Shown: positions 8,691 through 18,940 of the stretch, one piece after another
Layout of the letters: each line of letters starts with the position of its first letter
Position numbering within the stretch: the first letter of the stretch is position 1
NCBI GenBank assembly: GCA_963666055.2
Contig: CAXWPH010000006.1
Location: 128,001 to 192,000 of the forward strand
Reading direction: 5' to 3'
Source of the DNA: Acidobacteriota bacterium
GTDB taxonomy: Bacteria; Acidobacteriota; UBA890; WLXD01
Length of the DNA stretch: 64,000 nt
Made by a program: the position numbers and the translations under genes
The notes under the pieces: model-generated
Seen by the model: only the letters and a program-made list of their open reading frames with translations
What the model was told of the DNA's origin: nothing
The model's database searches: none

Positions 8691-10375
8691 ACACTAACGA
8701 TCGACGATTGGCGCATTCACTCCCGCTGGCGGCGACGCTCAGCGCGCTGTTGACGTTGGCGCCGCTCGTTCCGGTGCAGCCTGCGACCGCGCAGCAGAAG
8801 CAAGGGGACGACGCGCGACCCTCTTTCGAGGTCATGTTGGGGGCCAGCGGATGGGCTCCTACGAGCGAGGAGCTCGAGGAGACGCTCGACCGCTGGAAGG
8901 AGCGGTTCGTCAACTACCTCATCACCGATGAGGAACGCCGCATCTTCGAGGCGCTTCCCACCTTGGAGCAGAAACTGGCGTTCACCGAGCGTTTCTGGGA
9001 CGTGCGTGATCCGACGCCCGGCACCCGATTGAACGAATACCGTCAGGAACACTTCGAGCGCTGGGTTATTGCCAACCGACGGTTCAGCGCCGGCAAGCCC
9101 GGCTGGGCAACCGATCGGGGGCGCACGTACATCATCCTCGGACCACCGAACAATCTGCAGCGCAACCCGATGGGACGCGGGGGTTCGGAGCGCGCCTCCG
9201 AAGTGTGGTCGTACAACATGCCCGACAATCCGCTCCTTCCCGGCGTGCTCGACCTCAGCTTCGTCGACTTCCACGGCACCGGCGAGTTCGAGCTCGTCAG
9301 CAACCTCGACGCCGCGGCCCCGATCGTCTCGGCGCAGTTCGGCTATGTCAACAACCCGCTCGATGTGCTCGCCTTGCGGCGCCATGCAGATTCGATCTAC
9401 GACGAGCGGTTCCTGCAATACCGTTTCGCCGATCCCACCGCGGTGGCCCGAGAGTTCCTGGACTTCCAAGGTAACCTGCGGGAGATCTTGCGAATTCCGG
9501 AGATCCACAAGGAGCGGCTCGCCAGGCTACGCCGAGCCACCGTCGAGACGGATGTGGCGTTCGACGCCTCCCCGGTTAATCGCAGCCTGGATTTCTACGA
9601 GGCGGTCGCCGGCAACACCGCCGTTCAGCTAACCCTGGCGTTGGAGTACGACAGGCTGGTGGCCGCTCCGTTCGGGCTCAACCAGCACTTCTCCGCCGAC
9701 ATGTACGTTGCCCTGGAACAGGACGGCCAGATCATCGCCGAGTCGGAGAAACGCCTCAACTTCACCCTCACCAACGAGGAACTGAGTCGACTCGGCGGCA
9801 CCCAGATCCTGCAAAGCTTTCAGCTCATGGTGCCAGCCGGCCAGTACGATCTGGTGGTGCTAGCTCGCGACAACACATCGGACCGGTTGACGCGTCAAAT
9901 CAACGAGATCGACGTGCCCGATCTGTCGGGTGACGGGCTGCGGCTATCGAGCCTGACGCTGGCCAGCCATATCGAACCGGTGCAGCGGAGCACCGACTCC
10001 ACGCCGCTCGATTTTCAGCACGGCGACATGCGCGTCGTGCCGAACGTCAACCGGATCTACTTCCTCGATCAGCAGCTGCTGCTATACGTTCAGGCCTACG
10101 GTCTACAAATCGACGCTACCACGCGTGCCAACCGGATCACGCTGCGCGGCGAGATTCTCCATAACGGCGAACGGATACGCCGCATTCCTGAGCAGCATCC
10201 GTTCCCGGCGCCGATGAACCGTCAGTCGTTCTCGTTCGCGATGCCGCTGACCGGCTACCGTCCGGGCGTCTATGAGGTCGTGGTGGAGATCGTTGACGAG
10301 ATCGCCGAGACAAGCGCGCAGGCGACGACCGACTTTGCCATTCTGGCGACAGCGACGTCGACCGATCGACGCTGA
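8681..10375 (+). CDS. GWxTD-domain exported protein
   Basis: [28 protein letters not shown]; C-terminal beta-sandwich-like segments; signal peptide. Confidence 0.9.
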   Translation: MAMNTNDRRLAHSLPLAATLSALLTLAPLVPVQPATAQQKQGDDARPSFEVMLGASGWAPTSEELEETLDRWKERFVNYLITDEERRIFEALPTLEQKLAFTERFWDVRDPTPGTRLNEYRQEHFERWVIANRRFSAGKPGWATDRGRTYIILGPPNNLQRNPMGRGGSERASEVWSYNMPDNPLLPGVLDLSFVDFHGTGEFELVSNLDAAAPIVSAQFGYVNNPLDVLALRRHADSIYDERFLQYRFADPTAVAREFLDFQGNLREILRIPEIHKERLARLRRATVETDVAFDASPVNRSLDFYEAVAGNTAVQLTLALEYDRLVAAPFGLNQHFSADMYVALEQDGQIIAESEKRLNFTLTNEELSRLGGTQILQSFQLMVPAGQYDLVVLARDNTSDRLTRQINEIDVPDLSGDGLRLSSLTLASHIEPVQRSTDSTPLDFQHGDMRVVPNVNRIYFLDQQLLLYVQAYGLQIDATTRANRITLRGEILHNGERIRRIPEQHPFPAPMNRQSFSFAMPLTGYRPGVYEVVVEIVDEIAETSAQATTDFAILATATSTDRR

Positions 10376-10377
10376 GG

Positions 10378-11493
10378 ATGAGTCGCTCGTTGGGCGCTGA
10401 CCAGCTCGAGGAGCTCATCTGCGATGCCGTACGCCATCTAGTCGACGCCGGGCTGTGGCCAGGCGCCCCGGCCCAAAGCGAGCGTGATCGAGCTTGGCGG
10501 GCCGTCATCACGGCGCGCGAGGTCGAGCAGGCGCCAGACGGAAAGCTGGTGGTTCCCGACGGGGCTCTGATTACACCGGAGGCACGCGATCGCGCCCGCG
10601 AGCGCGGCGTTCGACTGGTCGGGCCGTCAACCACGTCCCACGCCGCGGATCTGTCGGACCCCCAACGTGCTCTCGTGGGCAAGCTCGCCAGCCTACTGGC
10701 TGCCGAGCTCTCTGCACCCCAGATCGAGCAGCTCGCCTACTGGTGCTTGAACGAAGGCTCGTGTACAGACCCGAACGGCGTCGCCCGCATCGTCGACGCC
10801 GGCGCCGATCGGGTGGGCCTATCGGCCTGCGCGCCACCCCTGGACGATGCGATCGTGCCGTTGATCGATCACACGTTGCTGAAGCCGGAGGCGACCGAGG
10901 AGCAGGTACGACAGCTCTGCGCCGAGGCTCTGGAGTACGGCTTCGCCACCGTGTGCATAAACCCGTACTACGTGTCGCTGGTCGCAGATCTGCTCAAGGG
11001 TAGCCGGGTAAAGGCCTGTACGGTGGTCGGATTCCCGCTTGGCGCCGCCAACCCGGAAGTAAAGGCACACGAGGCCAAGCTGGCGGTGGAACAGGGCGCA
11101 CGCGAGATCGACATGGTGATCAACATCGGGGCGCTCAAGTCTGGTCGCGAAGACTGGGTCCGGAACGATATCGAGCGGGTCGTTCGCGCCGCGCATCCGG
11201 AGGCCCTCGTGAAGGTCATTTTGGAGTCGGCGCTATTGTCGGACGACGAGATCGTCCGCGCCTGCCAACTTGCTCGTGCGGCCGGGGCAGACTTCGTCAA
11301 GACCTCGACCGGTTTCGGGCCGGGCGGAGCGACGGCGGAAGACGTTGCATTGATGCGAGCCACGGTCGGCCGAGGCATGGGAGTAAAGGCGTCCGGCGGG
11401 ATCAGCACGCGGGCCGATGCGGCTGCCATGATCGCCGCGGGTGCTACGCGCATCGGTGCCAGCGCCGGGGTCCGAATCGCGGCTGGAGAGTAG
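10378..11493 (+). CDS. deoC: 2-deoxyribose-5-phosphate aldolase with ~155-aa N-terminal extension
   Basis: [44 protein letters not shown]. Confidence 0.95.
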   Translation: MSRSLGADQLEELICDAVRHLVDAGLWPGAPAQSERDRAWRAVITAREVEQAPDGKLVVPDGALITPEARDRARERGVRLVGPSTTSHAADLSDPQRALVGKLASLLAAELSAPQIEQLAYWCLNEGSCTDPNGVARIVDAGADRVGLSACAPPLDDAIVPLIDHTLLKPEATEEQVRQLCAEALEYGFATVCINPYYVSLVADLLKGSRVKACTVVGFPLGAANPEVKAHEAKLAVEQGAREIDMVINIGALKSGREDWVRNDIERVVRAAHPEALVKVILESALLSDDEIVRACQLARAAGADFVKTSTGFGPGGATAEDVALMRATVGRGMGVKASGGISTRADAAAMIAAGATRIGASAGVRIAAGE

Positions 11494-11600
11494 GCCGACG
11501 GGGGGCGACGGGGGCCTGACGTGTCGCGAGCTTGCACGGGTCGAGAGAGCGCACGATGATTGCTCCAGCAGAGCAAGAGAACATCGACAAGGAGCACCCG

Positions 11601-11939
11601 ATGAGTGGCGAGATCGACTGTCAGGCCTGTGAGCCACGAGCCAAGCGCGATGGGACCGAAGTTCCGGACCCGCCTACCGGGGGACCGATCACTGGCCGCG
11701 TTCCGTTTCGCGGCGATCTTCGGCAGCAGGTGCAGGAGAATGTGTGTGCGGTGTGCTGGGCGGCTTGGCTGGAGATGCAGATCAAGGTGATCAATGAGCT
11801 CGCTCTGAACCTGGGTGACGCACGCAGCCATGACCTCATCGAGGCGCACGCGAGCGACTTCCTCGGGTTGTCTGACGGGTCTGCGACAAGTGCGGACTTC
11901 TCGAAGATCGGCAAGGAACCTCTCGACAACGCGCCCTGA
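11601..11939 (+). CDS. YggX-like Fe(II)-trafficking/oxidative damage protection protein
   Basis: VCAVCWAAWLEMQIKVINELALNL matches the YggX pattern; AAGGAG SD before ATG 11601. Confidence 0.8.
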   Translation: MSGEIDCQACEPRAKRDGTEVPDPPTGGPITGRVPFRGDLRQQVQENVCAVCWAAWLEMQIKVINELALNLGDARSHDLIEAHASDFLGLSDGSATSADFSKIGKEPLDNAP

Positions 11940-11998
11940 GAACCGTTAGCAGGCCTCCTCACAGAGCGTGCTCCGTAGCCTTTCAGCCGCGCCGACGG

Positions 11999-12601
11999 TC
12001 AGCCCGTTCCGGTGAGTCGCCGATGGTCCTCCGGAGTGTCGGCGTCGCGAACTACCCACGGGTCGTCGACGTCGACCTCGAGCAGATCGACGCGATGGGC
12101 GTCGACCACGGCTCGAGCACCATCATCAGCGGGCGCCTGCAAGAGCTCTTCGAACAGCGCGCGCGCGAAGAGGACGGGGTGCCCATGTTCGCCCGCGTAG
12201 GTCGGCACCGTTAGCAGCGGCCGCGTTCGCGCGAACTGCTCGACAAGCCGCTCGACGGTGGCAACGCGGAATCGCGGCACGTCCACCAGGACCAGCAGCA
12301 TCGCGTCGACCTGTCCGCGGTCGAGCAGCGAACGAACGCCAAGCTGGACACTGCTCAGCATCCCCTGTGCCCAATCCTCGTTGACCAACACGCGCGAGCC
12401 TTCCAGATCGACGGCGTCCAGAATATCCGCCGCCGCGTGCCCGACCACGACTATCGGCGCTGTGACCGGTGCGCCAGCCAGCGTTTGCAGGATCGTACCC
12501 AGATAGGTGTCCTCACCGAGTGGCAGCAGTGGCTTCGGGCTGCCCATTCGCGAGGACGCTCCGGCGGCCAGGACTAATGGGGCGACTACCGGCAGGCTCA
12601 T
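11999..12601 (-). CDS. MocA-like molybdenum cofactor nucleotidyltransferase
   Basis: LAAGASSRMGSPK, GMLSS, GHPVLF, DADTPED; adjacent to xdhC. Confidence 0.85.
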   Translation of the reverse strand: MSLPVVAPLVLAAGASSRMGSPKPLLPLGEDTYLGTILQTLAGAPVTAPIVVVGHAAADILDAVDLEGSRVLVNEDWAQGMLSSVQLGVRSLLDRGQVDAMLLVLVDVPRFRVATVERLVEQFARTRPLLTVPTYAGEHGHPVLFARALFEELLQAPADDGARAVVDAHRVDLLEVDVDDPWVVRDADTPEDHRRLTGTG

Positions 12602-13713
12602 GCACCCGCGGCACGGCGGCGCGACGACTTGCCCGATCGCGACGTTGCCGTAGCAGCGGCACCGCGGCGTACGGCAATCATCTCGGCGACCACCGCAACG
12701 GCGATCTCCTCCGGCGTGTCGGCCCCGATCGCCAGGCCCATCGGCGACCGCAGGCGACCGAGCTCTTCCTCCGTCACACCCTCGCTGCGGAGCGTCTTGG
12801 CAAACAAGTGCCGCTTGCGCTCGCTGCCGATCATGCCGAGATAGGCACTCGCGCCCCGCACGACCTGCCGAAGAATCGTCAGGTCGTGCTCGTGCCCTCG
12901 GGTGACGATCACCAGGTAAGCGCCGGGCTCAACCGGCGGCAGGGCGGCGTAGTCGACGTGGTGCAGGCCGGCCGCCCAAGTCATCGGCCTGCCCTCCAGG
13001 AAAGCCGGACGGTCCTCCAGCACATGCACACAAAACCCGGCACTGGTGGCAAGCTCCCCGATGGCTCGACCACAATGGCCCGCGCCGAACACCACCACCC
13101 TAGGTGCCTGCTGCAACGGCTCGACGAAATACGCTGGTGCGTCGTCCGTGGCATCGGCGGAGACCAGCTCGGCCAGGCCTTCGGCCGCAAGCGCCTTGGC
13201 CAACTCGGGCAGCGACGTCGGCAGCAACGCATCGGCGGTAACCGAGCCGTCGGCGCGAACCACCGCATGCATCGCCAGGTTCGGCTTGGGGCGCGACGTC
13301 GGCGAACCGTTTTCGCCTGGCACCCAGCTCAGGAAAGCGGCTGTTTCGCCGCGTTCAAGCGCTTCTTGCGCCTGCCGGATGATGCCGCGGGTGGAATCTG
13401 TCGGCAGCAAGGGTCGGGTGAGAATGGTAACGGAACCGCCACACACGTGGCCCTGGAGGCCGTCCTCGACCTCGGTCAGATCGAAGCTCTCCAACGACAC
13501 ACCGCCCTCACGCAGGAGGGTCCGGGCGGTGGCGTAAACCTCAGCTTCCAGGCACCCTCCGCCAACCGTACCCTCCGCGGTGCCATCCGCGCGCACCAGC
13601 ATCTTGGCAGTGGTGCTCATCGGCAACGATCCGCGGCGTCTGACCACAGTGGCCAGCGCCACCGGCTCGCCGGCATCGAGCGCCGCGGCGATGCGCGGCA
13701 GCAGCTCATGCAT
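12598..13713 (-). CDS. xdhC: XdhC/CoxI-family xanthine dehydrogenase accessory protein
   Basis: GTVGGGCLEAE, CGGSV, VFGAGH, TRGHEHD, YLGMIGSERK, PMGLAIGADTPEEIAVAV; start 13713 coupled to the ccdA stop. Confidence 0.92.
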   Translation of the reverse strand: MHELLPRIAAALDAGEPVALATVVRRRGSLPMSTTAKMLVRADGTAEGTVGGGCLEAEVYATARTLLREGGVSLESFDLTEVEDGLQGHVCGGSVTILTRPLLPTDSTRGIIRQAQEALERGETAAFLSWVPGENGSPTSRPKPNLAMHAVVRADGSVTADALLPTSLPELAKALAAEGLAELVSADATDDAPAYFVEPLQQAPRVVVFGAGHCGRAIGELATSAGFCVHVLEDRPAFLEGRPMTWAAGLHHVDYAALPPVEPGAYLVIVTRGHEHDLTILRQVVRGASAYLGMIGSERKRHLFAKTLRSEGVTEEELGRLRSPMGLAIGADTPEEIAVAVVAEMIAVRRGAAATATSRSGKSSRRRAAGA

Positions 13714-14441
13714 CAGATCGCGAAGCGATTGAGGAACGACAACCAGCGCTGGAACAGGAAGAAGTTGTTCGTGAAGATCATCACGCCAACAGCAATCAGC
13801 AGCACCCCACCGACCATTTCGACGATCCAGAGCGACTCCCTGAACCGTTCGAACGCTCCCATGAAGCGCTGCGTCGCCCAGCCGGTCAGCAAGAACGGGA
13901 TCCCCAGCCCGGCGGAGTAGATCGCCAGCAGCGCCACGCCGTACCAGAGGCTGGTCTTGGTGGCGGCAAGCGCCAGGATGCCGGCGAGAATCGGACCGAT
14001 GCACGGGGTCCAGCCGGCAGCAAACGCCAGGCCCAGGAGCAAGGCGCCCACCGGTCCTCGCGGCTTGCTCGGCCCGTGAAACCGTTTTTCACGGTACAAC
14101 CATCCGATCTTCAGCAGCCCGACCATGTGGAGTCCGAACAGCACGACGATCACTCCGGCGACGCGTTGCAACCACAGAAGGTTGCCCAGCAGAAGTCCAC
14201 CGATGGCGCTCGCCGAGGCCCCCAGCGCAACAAACACGATGGTGAAGCCGGTGACGAAGAACAACGTGTTCACCATCACCGCTTGGCTGGCAGCAATTTG
14301 GCGGTCTTTGGCTCGCATCTCCTCCAGAGAAACGCCCGATATGAACGACAGATAGCCCGGCACAAGGGGCAGGACACAGGGCGATAAGAAGGAGACGACG
14401 CCGGCCGCAAACGCCGCCAAGAAAGAGACTTGGTCGGTCAT
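13713..14441 (-). CDS. ccdA: CcdA/DsbD-family thiol-disulfide transmembrane protein
   Basis: SFLSPCVLPLVPGY and GWTPCIGPIL motifs; multiple TM segments. Confidence 0.93.
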   Translation of the reverse strand: MTDQVSFLAAFAAGVVSFLSPCVLPLVPGYLSFISGVSLEEMRAKDRQIAASQAVMVNTLFFVTGFTIVFVALGASASAIGGLLLGNLLWLQRVAGVIVVLFGLHMVGLLKIGWLYREKRFHGPSKPRGPVGALLLGLAFAAGWTPCIGPILAGILALAATKTSLWYGVALLAIYSAGLGIPFLLTGWATQRFMGAFERFRESLWIVEMVGGVLLIAVGVMIFTNNFFLFQRWLSFLNRFAI

Positions 14442-14552
14442 CGTGGTGGAATTCTAGCATGCAGTCGGGCGCTTGACCGCTTGCCGAGAGCGCCCTTACC
14501 ATGGCGCCTGTGATAGGGCTCATGCCTTTTTCATCTGGGAATAGGTTTGACT

Positions 14553-14954
14553 ATGCAGGGCCATCGGCAGACCTCGGGCGGCGGCGTGTTGAGCCAGCTA
14601 ACCCTGCCGGAGCTCATCGACCTGTGGGTCGAAGACGAGATCGAGAAGCGGCTCAAACAGGTCGAGTTCTTCTACGAGGATATCGTTGCCGGCGCCCGGC
14701 ACCTCGAGCACCTTCAGGTCATGCCGATGCGAGGTGGCTTTCGAGACAAGCCTCGGAGCATCGAGGTTCTGGTCGAGATTCGAGACAACGAGCGACGTTA
14801 TAGTCGAATCGGCGCTGGCGTGGCGCGCAAGCGCGCCCGCGACGATCCCGAGGCGTTCCAGCGCGCTTACGACAAGGCCATGGCGCACGCCATCGTCCAG
14901 CTGCTCCCCGCCGACGTATGGCGCCGGTGGATCGGCGCATCGGCCTACTACTAG
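14553..14954 (+). CDS. hypothetical protein
   Basis: protein-like composition; fills the gap between ccdA and the tRNA; no recognised motif. Confidence 0.65.
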   Translation: MQGHRQTSGGGVLSQLTLPELIDLWVEDEIEKRLKQVEFFYEDIVAGARHLEHLQVMPMRGGFRDKPRSIEVLVEIRDNERRYSRIGAGVARKRARDDPEAFQRAYDKAMAHAIVQLLPADVWRRWIGASAYY

Positions 14955-14987
14955 AGCACAACCCCACCCCAAGGACGGGGTCGTGAG

Positions 14988-15072
14988 TGCCGAGGGGGGG
15001 ACTCGAACCCCCACGGGCTTTCGCCCACATGGCCCTCAACCATGCGCGTCTGCCAGATTCCGCCACCTCGGC
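14988..15072 (-). tRNA. tRNA-Leu(GAG)
   Basis: GCCGAGG acceptor stem, CATGG-TT-GAG-GG-CCATG anticodon arm, long variable arm, GGTTCGAGTCC T-loop; CCA not encoded; follows secG. Confidence 0.96.
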
Positions 15073-15143
15073 CGCAGAACGTCCAACGTTAGATCACGGC
15101 CGCGGCGATGCATAGCCAGCAGGCGGTGCCCGCTCGGCGCCTG

Positions 15144-15566
15144 TTATTGCTCGCCCGCGTCGCCTTGTTCGGGCCCCGACTCATCACCGGTGCCCTCGGT
15201 GGCTGCTTCGGTTTGGGCGCCGGCCTCGCTGCCCTGCTCGGGACTGTCACCGGTCTCGGTCTGCCCGGCGGAATCACCCGACGGCTGCACTGGAGCCGTC
15301 GCCGCCGGGTTGTCCAAACCCTCAATAAGTGAGACCGAGCGCTTCCCGGTCATGCCCAATACCAGAGACGTGAGCATGAAGACAACCGCTGCCGTTGTCG
15401 TCGCCTTCTGGAGCAGGGTCGTCGAGCCGCGCATTCCGAGCGCCGTCTGACTGCCGCCGCCACCGAACGCACCAGCAAGATCAGCTGCCTGCGCAGATTG
15501 CAGCAACACGACGAAGATCAGGAACACGCAGGCCACCACGTGAATGGTAACGAGAATGGTTGTCAT
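15144..15566 (-). CDS. secG: preprotein translocase subunit SecG with acidic tail
   Basis: VVLLQS..ADLAGAFGGGGSQT..L.KATT; position after tpiA. Confidence 0.93.
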   Translation of the reverse strand: MTTILVTIHVVACVFLIFVVLLQSAQAADLAGAFGGGGSQTALGMRGSTTLLQKATTTAAVVFMLTSLVLGMTGKRSVSLIEGLDNPAATAPVQPSGDSAGQTETGDSPEQGSEAGAQTEAATEGTGDESGPEQGDAGEQ

Positions 15567-15745
15567 TCCGACAATCCTGGAGCGGATCTTGGGTAGAGAT
15601 GGGCGGTACCTGCCCTCGCCGGCAAACGACGCAAGGCACGGAAAACTGCCTGTCTCATGGCTTGAAGCGCAGCCGCGCGCGGTGGCCACACGAGAAACCA
15701 ACTGTAGCATCGGGGAGCGAAGCCGGCCAGCAAGGCTCGGGCAGT

Positions 15746-15775
15746 GCCACTAGCAAACCGTGGTGGAAGTGGTGG
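15746..15775 (+). repeat. degenerate copy of the palindrome/MITE-end junction
   Basis: GCCACTAGCAAACCGTGGTGGAAGTG resembles the reverse complement of 25524-25549 (GCCACTAGCAGGCCGTGGTGAAAGTG). Confidence 0.6.
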
Positions 15776-15776
15776 C

Positions 15777-16541
15777 CTACTGGCAGACCGCCTGTGCGAT
15801 CCCGGCGAACGACGCGGCATCGAGGCTAGCGCCCCCAACGAGGGCACCGTCGATATCCGGCTGTGACAGCAGTTCGACGGCGTTACCCGCCTTTACGCTG
15901 CCACCGTACAGGATGCGGACAGTTTCGGCCACGTCGGTGCCAAACAGCTTGCGCAGCAAGCCACGAATGGCCGCGTGCACCGCCTGTGCCTGCTCGGGTG
16001 TCGCGGTCAGCCCAGTGCCAATGGCCCAGACCGGCTCGTAGGCGATCACCAGCTGAGCAGCCTGCTGGGCGGGCAGCCCCTCGAGAGCAGTGCGCAGTTG
16101 AGAGTTCACCACCAGCTCTGTCTCCCCTGATTCACGCTGCTGTTGGGTCTCGCCGCAACATAAGTAGGGAGTCAGGTCATGCGCCAGCGCGGCTCGCAGT
16201 TTGCGTGATACGCACTGATCGGTCTCGCCGAACAACGCCCGACGCTCGGAGTGTCCCAGGATCACGAAGCTGGCTCCGAGATCGGTGAGCATGATCGGCG
16301 AGATCTCACCGGTGTAGGCTCCCTCCTCGGCATGGTGCATGTTCTGTCCACCGAAGCCGATTCGGCTCCCGGTGAGCGACTCGGCAGCTGCCGCTAGCGC
16401 AGTGAAAGGCGGCGCCACGGTGACTTCGACTCCGGCCAGGCCGTCGACGCTCTTACGCAGCTCCGTCAGCAGCGTTCGTGTGGCGGCGAGCGTCTTGTGC
16501 ATCTTCCAATTGCCGGTAATCAACGGGGTTCGGGAGCTCAT
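15777..16541 (-). CDS. tpiA: triosephosphate isomerase
   Basis: GNWKMHK, GHSERR, AYEPVWAIGTG, YGGSVK, LVGGASL. Confidence 0.98.
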   Translation of the reverse strand: MSSRTPLITGNWKMHKTLAATRTLLTELRKSVDGLAGVEVTVAPPFTALAAAAESLTGSRIGFGGQNMHHAEEGAYTGEISPIMLTDLGASFVILGHSERRALFGETDQCVSRKLRAALAHDLTPYLCCGETQQQRESGETELVVNSQLRTALEGLPAQQAAQLVIAYEPVWAIGTGLTATPEQAQAVHAAIRGLLRKLFGTDVAETVRILYGGSVKAGNAVELLSQPDIDGALVGGASLDAASFAGIAQAVCQ

Positions 16542-17833
16542 CCGACATCGCCTCCGTACAATTCGCGGTCCGTCAGGGCCGAGACACCCGGAAGAATGCG
16601 CCCCGCAAGGAGATCCAACGAGGCGCCACCACCGGTCGACACATGCGAGACGCGGCTCGAGATCGAGAATTTTTCCGCCGCCGCAGCGGTATCACCACCG
16701 CCGATCACGGTGAAGGCGGGGGGGGAGAGCGCGGCGATGCTCTCGGCCATCGAGCGCGTCCCTGCTGCGAACTCTGGCGTCTCGAATACTCCCATGGGGC
16801 CGTTCCAGACCACCGTGCGCGCACCAGCCAGCGCGGCGGCAAACCGCCCCCGGGTCTCGGGCCCCAGGTCGAGCGCCATCTCATCGGCCGGGATCTCGAT
16901 GACCACGTGCGCTCGATCGGGTCGGTCGATTGCCGGAGCCGCCACCAGATCGTCCGGCAGCACCACCTCCACGTCGGCCGCCGCGGCCGCCGCAAGCAGC
17001 TCGGCAGCTTGCGAGATGGCGTCCTGTGGGGCCAACGACCGGCCGATCTCCCTGCCCTGAGCTGCCAGGAAGGCGTTGGCCATGGCACCACCGATCAACA
17101 TGCGATCAATGAGCGGCAGCAGGTTGCCAATGACCGCTACCTTGTCGCTTACCTTCGCCCCCCCGAGGACCAGGGCGAACGGGGCCTCCGGCTGCACCAG
17201 CACTCGGCTCAGCATGCTCACCTCGCGTTGCAGCAGATCTCCCGCAGCCGCCCTGGGTGCCACCAATGGGACGCTCGCGATGGAGGCGTGATCACGGTGC
17301 GAGGCACCGAAGGCATCGTTGACGTAGGCGTCGGCGAGATCAGCCAGAGCAGCCGCAAAGGTCGCGTCGTTCGCCCTCTCGCCGGCGTGGAAGCGGAGGT
17401 TTTCCAGCATCAGAACTCCGCCCGGCTTCAGGTCGTCCACCGCCGCCTGCACAGAGGGGCCAACACAATCGGAGACGAACTCGACGTGCGTACCAAGCCG
17501 CTCGGCCAGCACGCCGGCAATCGGATACAACGACAGCTCGGCGATTCGCTGTCCTTTGGGGCGACCGAGGTGCGACATGACGACGACACGCGCCCCGGCG
17601 CGCTGTAGATAGCGCAGCGTCGGCACGGTTCCGATGATGCGGGTGTCGTCGGTGACGACCCCGCCCGCCACCGGCACGTTGAAATCGGCGCGCACCAACA
17701 CCGCGCGACCATCGTGATCCAGGTCCTGGAGGCGTAGCTTGGTGCGCAGCACCGCCGCGGTCGGCGCCGCACGCCCCTCGGCACCGCTCCGTCTGCCGTG
17801 ACGCTCTCTTGCGCCGTCGCCCGCCGACACCAC
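16538..17833 (-). CDS. pgk: phosphoglycerate kinase (start may be GTG 17752)
   Basis: RADFNVP, SHLGRPK, LENLRF, GGAKVSDK, WNGPMGVFE, STGGGAS. Confidence 0.97.
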   Translation of the reverse strand: MVSAGDGARERHGRRSGAEGRAAPTAAVLRTKLRLQDLDHDGRAVLVRADFNVPVAGGVVTDDTRIIGTVPTLRYLQRAGARVVVMSHLGRPKGQRIAELSLYPIAGVLAERLGTHVEFVSDCVGPSVQAAVDDLKPGGVLMLENLRFHAGERANDATFAAALADLADAYVNDAFGASHRDHASIASVPLVAPRAAAGDLLQREVSMLSRVLVQPEAPFALVLGGAKVSDKVAVIGNLLPLIDRMLIGGAMANAFLAAQGREIGRSLAPQDAISQAAELLAAAAAADVEVVLPDDLVAAPAIDRPDRAHVVIEIPADEMALDLGPETRGRFAAALAGARTVVWNGPMGVFETPEFAAGTRSMAESIAALSPPAFTVIGGGDTAAAAEKFSISSRVSHVSTGGGASLDLLAGRILPGVSALTDRELYGGDVG

Positions 17834-17839
17834 CGTCTA

Positions 17840-17877
17840 CTAGTGGCCTGTAACGATCATCTGGAACAGGCCACTAG
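17840..17877. repeat. 38-bp CTAG-bounded palindrome, copy 1
   Basis: CTAGTGGCCTGTAACGATCATCTGGAACAGGCCACTAG; 35/38 identical to the reverse complement of 25542-25579; terminal CTAG contains the gap stop codon. Confidence 0.85.
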
Positions 17878-18884
17878 AGCCGCGCCCCAACGAACTCGGC
17901 CAGATCCTTCACTCGTGTCGAGTAGCCGGTCTCGTTGTCGTACCAGGAAACTACCTGCACCAAGTTATTCTCGATCACACGCGTGAAGGGTGCATCAACC
18001 GTCGACGACATCGTGTTGCCGACGTAATCGATCGACACTAGCGGCTCGTCGGTCACCGCCAGGATGCCGGCCATGGGTCCTTCCGCCGCAGCTCGCAGGA
18101 AACTGTTGACCTCCTCAATGCTGGTGTCGCGGTCAACATGCGCGACCAGGTCGATCATCGATACGTTTGGCGTGGGAACGCGAATCGCGAAACCATCGAG
18201 CTTCCCCGCCAGCGCCGGCAACACCAAGCCCACGGCCTTGGCGGCTCCGGTGGTTGTCGGGATCATCGACACTGCGGCCGCACGCGCCCGACGTAGGTCC
18301 TTGTGTGGGAGGTCGAGAATACGTTGCCCGTTGGTATAAGCGTGCACCGTCGTCATCCAACCCTTCTTTATGTTCAACGATTCGTGTAGCACCTTCGCTA
18401 CCGGCGCCAAGCAGTTCGTGGTGCACGAGGCGTTCGAGATGATGTGGTGCTCTCCCGGATCGTACTCGTCCTGGTTAACGCCCAGGCAGACGGTGAAATC
18501 GGGATCGCCGGCGGCCGGCGCCGAGATAATCACCTTCTTGGCTCCGGCTTCCAAGTGCTTGCCGGCGAGCTCGCGACTGCGGAAGAATCCCGTCGACTCC
18601 ACCACCACGTCGACGCCGATATCCTCCCAAGGAAGGGCCGCCGGGTCGCGCTCCGAGAGTACTTGAACAGCGTCGCCGTCGATCCGCAGGGCACCCGCCT
18701 CGGCCTCGACGGTGCCGTCATACCGACCGTGCACAGAATCGTATTGCAGCAGGTGTGCCAGCGTTTCGGCGTCGGTCAAATCGTTGATCGCGACGAAATC
18801 GATGTCGGACTGATCGCGCTTGGCGGCGCGCAGGACATTGCGGCCGATACGTCCGAAACCATTAATCGCAACGCGGACGGGCAT
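17874..18884 (-). CDS. gap: glyceraldehyde-3-phosphate dehydrogenase, type I
   Basis: [25 protein letters not shown]. Confidence 0.98.
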   Translation of the reverse strand: MPVRVAINGFGRIGRNVLRAAKRDQSDIDFVAINDLTDAETLAHLLQYDSVHGRYDGTVEAEAGALRIDGDAVQVLSERDPAALPWEDIGVDVVVESTGFFRSRELAGKHLEAGAKKVIISAPAAGDPDFTVCLGVNQDEYDPGEHHIISNASCTTNCLAPVAKVLHESLNIKKGWMTTVHAYTNGQRILDLPHKDLRRARAAAVSMIPTTTGAAKAVGLVLPALAGKLDGFAIRVPTPNVSMIDLVAHVDRDTSIEEVNSFLRAAAEGPMAGILAVTDEPLVSIDYVGNTMSSTVDAPFTRVIENNLVQVVSWYDNETGYSTRVKDLAEFVGARL

Positions 18885-18940
18885 GGAGTGCCTCCTTGGG
18901 AGATCGGCAAAGCGAAGAAGTAGCGCGGGTGCCCAGGCGG

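Noticed and set aside
14955-15072. Integrative element at tRNA-Leu
   Set aside because: No integrase and no duplicated tRNA 3' end seen in the window
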